Assembly: GCA_038087875.1 (NCBI GenBank)
Contig: JAXLNO010000039.1
Coordinates: forward strand, 1-64,000
DNA: 64,000 bases
Origin: Malacoraja senta
Taxonomy: Eukaryota
Direction of reading: 5' to 3'
Of the stretch, positions 59,026 to 64,000 are shown piece by piece. Position numbers and translations under genes: made by a program. Each line of letters opens with the position of its first letter. Position 1 is the stretch's first letter. The notes beneath the pieces were generated by a model that did no database searches, was not told where the DNA came from, and saw nothing but the letters and a program-made list of their open reading frames with translations.

Positions 59026-61620
59026 TAAGACTCTATGACGTGAGTGATCAAGTCCAGTTTGAGAAATCTGAGCACAAATCTGGGCTGTGTGTTACTGGGG
59101 TGGTGGGAGTTACCAAACTCAGATTCTACATGTCCTCTCAGCATGACACGGTGACGCAGCTGGTAGAGCCGCTGCCTCACAGTGCCAGAGGACCCAGGTT
59201 CAATCCTGACCTCGGGTGCTGTCCGTGTGGAGTTTGTTCGTTCTCCCTATGACCATGAACTTAACCATCCTATCACAAACTAGAAAACGATCAAGAGCTA
59301 CTATCTGCCTCACTAGAGACCCTCTGCCTTGAGTCTGAAGAAGGATCTCGACCCGAAACCTTGCCTATTCCTTTGCTCCATAGATGCTGCCTCACCCGCT
59401 GAGTTTCTCTAGCATTTTTGTCTACCTTCGATTTTTCCACCATCTGCAGTTCTTTCTTAAACACTCCGCCTATCTTTAGTCGGACCTTACTGGATTTTAT
59501 CTTGTGTTATTCCCTTCATCATGTATCTGTACACTGTGGACGGCTTGATTGTAATCTTGTATCGTCTTTCTGCTGACTGGTTAGCACACAAAAGCTTTTC
59601 CACTGTACCTCAGAACACGTGACAAGAACCAAAACTAAATTAAATGTGGGTTCTCTGCAGATGCACCAGTTTCCTCCCACAAACCTTCTGAACTTTCTGA
59701 ATTTTGTAGTCGGCAGGGCAGTACTCTGCATATCGCCAACTTGGACAATTTTACATTTTTATCAAGCCAATAAATCAAGCCAATTAACCTACACACTGAA
59801 GAAGGGTTTCGGCCCGAAACGTTACCTATTTCCTTCGCTCCATAGATGCTGCTGCACCCGCTGAGTTTCTCCAGCATTTTTGTGTAACCTACACACTTGC
59901 ACGTCTTTGGAGTGTGGGAGGAAACCGGAAATCTCAGAGAAAACCCACGCAGATCACGGGGAGAACGTACAAATTCCATACAGGCAGCACCTGTAGTCGG
60001 GATCGAACCCGGGTCTCTGGCGCTGCATTTTGCTGTAAGGCAGCAACTCTACCGCTGTGCCACCATGACTGTCAAAGACGTGCGGGTTTGCGGTGTAACT
60101 GACCTCTGTACATTGCCCCAAGTGTGTAGGAAGTGGATGACCAAAGTGGGATGGCATGGATCTAGTGTGAGTGGGTGATTGATGGTCAGTGTGGACCCGG
60201 TGGGACGAGGGTCCTGTTTCTGTGCTGTATCTCCAGAAAAAAATGACGGTTGATGGACGCAAAATATCTCATGACGACAATCCTGCACGTGGGTGATGTC
60301 GTCCTGGTGTATTGGAGATATTTATCCATTAATTATGATGATGTTATGAAGCAATGTCCTAAAATTGAGTGATCTGAGGATTTATTTCTTTGTTTGTTAT
60401 ATTGTTCACAGTGTACTATGTTCCCATCTTCTGTTGTGCTGCTGCAAGTAAGAATGTCATTGTTCTATCTGGGACACATGACAATAAAACACTCTTGATT
60501 CTTGACTCAGTGACCCAGAGGGTCCTGACCTTGGGCATTGTCTGCCTATTCTCTCTTCGGACGCTGCCTGGCCCGCTGAGTTCCTTCAGCACTTTGTGTT
60601 GTGCTCGGGACTCCAGCATCGGCTGTCTCTTGTGCCTCTCACACTAAAACGGAATCGCCTTTCAGGATGAAGATAGACACAAAATGCTGGAACAACTCAG
60701 CGGGACAGGCAGCATCTCTGGAGATTGTTGATTATGGGGGCTCATTCTGTGCAAATTGGCTGCCTCGTTTATTGTAGCACGGCAAAGACCACAATTTAAA
60801 AGTGGCTGTGGAGAAACTTTAGGACATCCTGAAAGGGACCATGTTCTCAGCTTCTTCTGGAATATGAATAACTATAGAAATGTTGGTACAGAGAGAGCCT
60901 GCAGCTTTAACTATCATTAGACCGCACAATGTATAACAGCCTAGATAAAAGAAATTCATTTCTAGAATTTCAAGACTTGACTTGACTTGACATTTATCAT
61001 GGGGCAGTACTGAAGCCAGCATTGTAATCCGAAGATAGACACAAAATGCTGGAGTAACTCAGCAAGACAGGCAGCATCTATGGAGAGAAGGAATGGGTGA
61101 CGAGAGTCAGGGGAGAGGGACATAGAGATATGGAAAACACATATCAAAGGGGACAAAGCTCAAGGACATGTAGAATGGTTCATTGTTAGCTGAGGGGAAG
61201 GACAACGAGGCATACAATCAGTAATATTTAGTGAGGAGGACAGTGAAACTAAATTAGAGAACTAGGATGGGGGAGGGATGGAGAGAGAAAGGAAAGCAAG
61301 GGTTGCTTAAAGTTATCAAAACCAATTATTCATACTGCAGGGTTGGAAGCTGCCCAGTGAAATATGAGGTGCTGTTCCTCCAAACCGCTGGACTTTAAAC
61401 CACTGGTTCATAATCTATCATTTGACATTACAATATCTGGCAAATTGTAATCCAAGGATGTGTAGGAAGGAACTGCAGATGCTGGTTTATACCGAAGATA
61501 GACATAAAATGCTGGAGTAACTCAGCGGGTCAGACAGTATCTCTGGAGCAAAGGAATAGGTGACGAGAAGGGTTTCGATCTGAAACGTTGCCCTGTTCCG
61601 TTTCTCCGGAGATGCTGTCT

Positions 61621-61755
61621 TCTTCTCCTTGCGTGTGGCGTGCACAGCCTAAAGTTGTAGGACAACTTGTTCTGTTTGATCTTCTGTTTGTGCACGCCAG
61701 ATTGATTGCATTCGACAAAACAGGATGGACCACGTGAAGGTTGCAATCTCCCCCC
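61621..61755 (-). mobile_element. Ribozyme-headed short retroposon, copy 2 (ribozyme motif 61704-61755)
   Basis: TSD agatgctgtct at 61610-61620 and 61757-61767; minus strand reads GGGGGGA GAUUGCA ACC UUCACGU GGU CCAUCCU G UUUUGU CGAA UGCAAUC ... ggcgtgcaca...tgtgcacgcc ... caaggagaagaaga; inserted into a Penelope-like repeat. Confidence 0.85.
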
Positions 61756-64000
61756 AAGATGCTGTCTGATCTGCCAAGTTACACCAGCTTTTTGTGTCTA
61801 TCTCCACTCCATGGAAGTAGGTCATATCAGCTCGTGTAGATTCCTAACCAAGATGTGAGTGTATTTCTTCCCTCTTAGTTTTAAAATATAAATTGAAGTT
61901 CCCCTGGTCACCAGATAGGAGTAACATTATGGTAGACATAGGTTTAGGTTTATTATTGTCATATCTAAGGAGGTACAGTGAGGAGCTTTGTTTTGCCTGC
62001 TATCCAATAGTCTGAAGAAGGGTCTCGATCCGAAACGTCACCCATTCCTTCTCTCCAGAGATGCTGTCTGTCCCGCTGAATTACTCCAGCATTTTGTGTC
62101 TATCTCAGATCAGATATGCCATGCAAAGATGCAATCAGTTCAAACTCAAGTACAATAGGTAGAGTCGGGTCCTAACCTCTATTTCAGACTGAAATAGACC
62201 ATGTACCTTGCAGACTGCAATCAATCCCAAAATAACTAATCGAGAGTTGCTGCCTTACAGTGCTTTCAGCGCTGGAGACTCGGGTTCCATCCCGACTACG
62301 GGTGCTGTCTGTACGGAGTTTGTACCTTCTCCCCGTGACCGCGTAGGTATTCTCCGAGATCTTCGGTTTCCTCCCACACTCCAAAGACGTGCAGGTTTGT
62401 AGGTTGATTGGCTTGGTTTAAATGTAAAATTGTCCCTAGTATGTGGGAGACAGTGTTAATGAATCTTGATTAGTACGGGTGTCAGGGGTTATGGGGAGAA
62501 GGCAGGAGAATTGGGTTAGGAGGGATGAGGATAGATAAAGCCATGATTGAATGGCGTGGTAGACTTGACGGATTGAATGCGGAGTAGACTTGATGGGCCA
62601 AATGGCCTAATTCTGCCCCTATCACTTATGATCTTATGACTTTAACGTGCAGGGATCGCTAGTCGGTGTGGACTCAGTGGGCCGAAGGGGCTGTTTGCAC
62701 GCTGTATCTCTAAACTAAACTAAACTAAGAATAATCTGTTTCTGAAATTATTTTTGTTGAATTGGAGTAAGGGGAGTGAGTTGCTGCACAAACTGAAAAT
62801 TAAATATTTTGAATTCTTATGTGTCACCATAGCAAATCATTGAAGTTCCATTGTTCAGGAAAGCAATTGCATTAGTCAGACTTAATTGCTTACGCCTTAA
62901 ATTCTTCCCTCGAGTAAAAATCATTATAACCAAAGTCAAAAGTCATGTTATTAATTAAGGAGGAGATGATTTCCTCTGGTGACTTTACAAAGGAAAACAA
63001 TTTGAAGTATTTGTGTTGGATATTATGATAAATTCTCCACTCCTCCATATGAATCAGTTGAAATCCTGCTGATATTGTTAAAAATTGTTAAGCTGGGAAA
63101 TATATACTATCCTTAGGTAGACAGAAAGTGCTGGAGTAACTCAGTAGGTCAGGCAGCATCTCTGTAGAATGGGCGACATTTTGGGTTCTTCATACTGGTC
63201 TTTGGCTCTGAAAATGGGTAGAGACCCGAAACATCACCAAAACTTTTTCTCCAGAGATGCTGCCTGACCCACTGAGTTACTCCAGCACTTTACATCTCTC
63301 TTTGCTATAAACCAGTACCTGCAGTTCTTTGTTCCCATATTCTATCCTTGATTGGTAATGGCAATTGGGAATGTTCCTTCCGTGTTATCCAACTTTTGCA
63401 TCCATTCCCTACGCACTAGGGGCAATTTACAGAGGCCAATTAACATAAACCCACACATCTTTGGAATGTGGGAGGAAACTGGAGAAACCCACGCGGTCAC
63501 TGGGAAAACATGCAAACTCCACACAGACAGCACCCGAGGTCGTGATCGATCACACATTTTTAGCATCAGCTCATATTCTACATGACATTTGTTTCAGTCA
63601 AAAGCTTGCTCTGCAAGCCAAGGGCAGCAACTGTTGAGTCGTGGACAACATTCAACATTAGACGTGAGAGACACAGTGTGGAAACAGTCCTTTAGACCCA
63701 CAGATTATGTTTTGGGTTGGGACCCTTCTTCAGATTCATCCAAAGGTACGTGTGACAATAATGTACCCTTGAACCACTCAAATTATTGTAACCATTGACT
63801 ATTGCTTGTTAATAGTGCTTTGTGATTGTAAGGATGTTCCCATTATGTCCCATAGGGGTCAGCACTGGGTCTTTTTCTTTCTGTTGTGTAGATGTAAATG
63901 ATTAAGAAAGTAGACACAAAATGCTGGAGTAACTCAGCGGGACAGGCAGCATCTCTGGAGAGAAGGAATGGGTGACGTTTTGGGTCGAGACCCTTCTTCA

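Noticed and set aside
36000..64000. Expected downstream neighbour such as LMAN1/LMAN1L or a complexin
   Set aside because: No recognisable exon found by eye; small exons could have been missed.

Overview
Repeat-saturated vertebrate genomic DNA, most likely a cartilaginous fish such as a skate or ray. This is inferred from recalled elasmobranch repeat families: HE1-type V-SINEs, CR1/HER1 LINE tails, Deu-domain SINE relics and Penelope-like elements. The only host gene I can support is the 3' part of a CCBE1-family gene (collagen and calcium-binding EGF domain protein) on the + strand. It has 8 coding exons between 4106 and 33134, all with GT-AG junctions, which splice in frame (911 nt, stop TGA ending at 33134). 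Its 5' exons lie upstream of the window, and the protein looks like a divergent paralogue rather than a typical CCBE1. Nearly all other ORFs in the supplied track are transposon debris. The most striking finding is a ~140-bp retroposon, present twice (26489-26630 +, 61621-61755 -). Its 5' end folds as a compact ~54-nt HDV-like double-pseudoknot ribozyme, the predicted cleavage site coincides with the TSD-defined 5' boundary, and it ends in an (AAG)n tail. A second ribozyme class, minimal type I hammerheads (CUGAAGA-A-stemII-GAAAC-GUH), recurs in Penelope-like terminal repeats throughout the window. Also present are PIF/Harbinger-type MITEs (TAA/TTA TSDs), a hAT-like MITE with an internal 27-bp hairpin, a foldback palindrome, Rex1/Babar, L2 and RTE fragments, and several nested insertions. 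All family names come from recalled sequence patterns, not database searches, and repeat boundaries are approximate unless TSDs are given.
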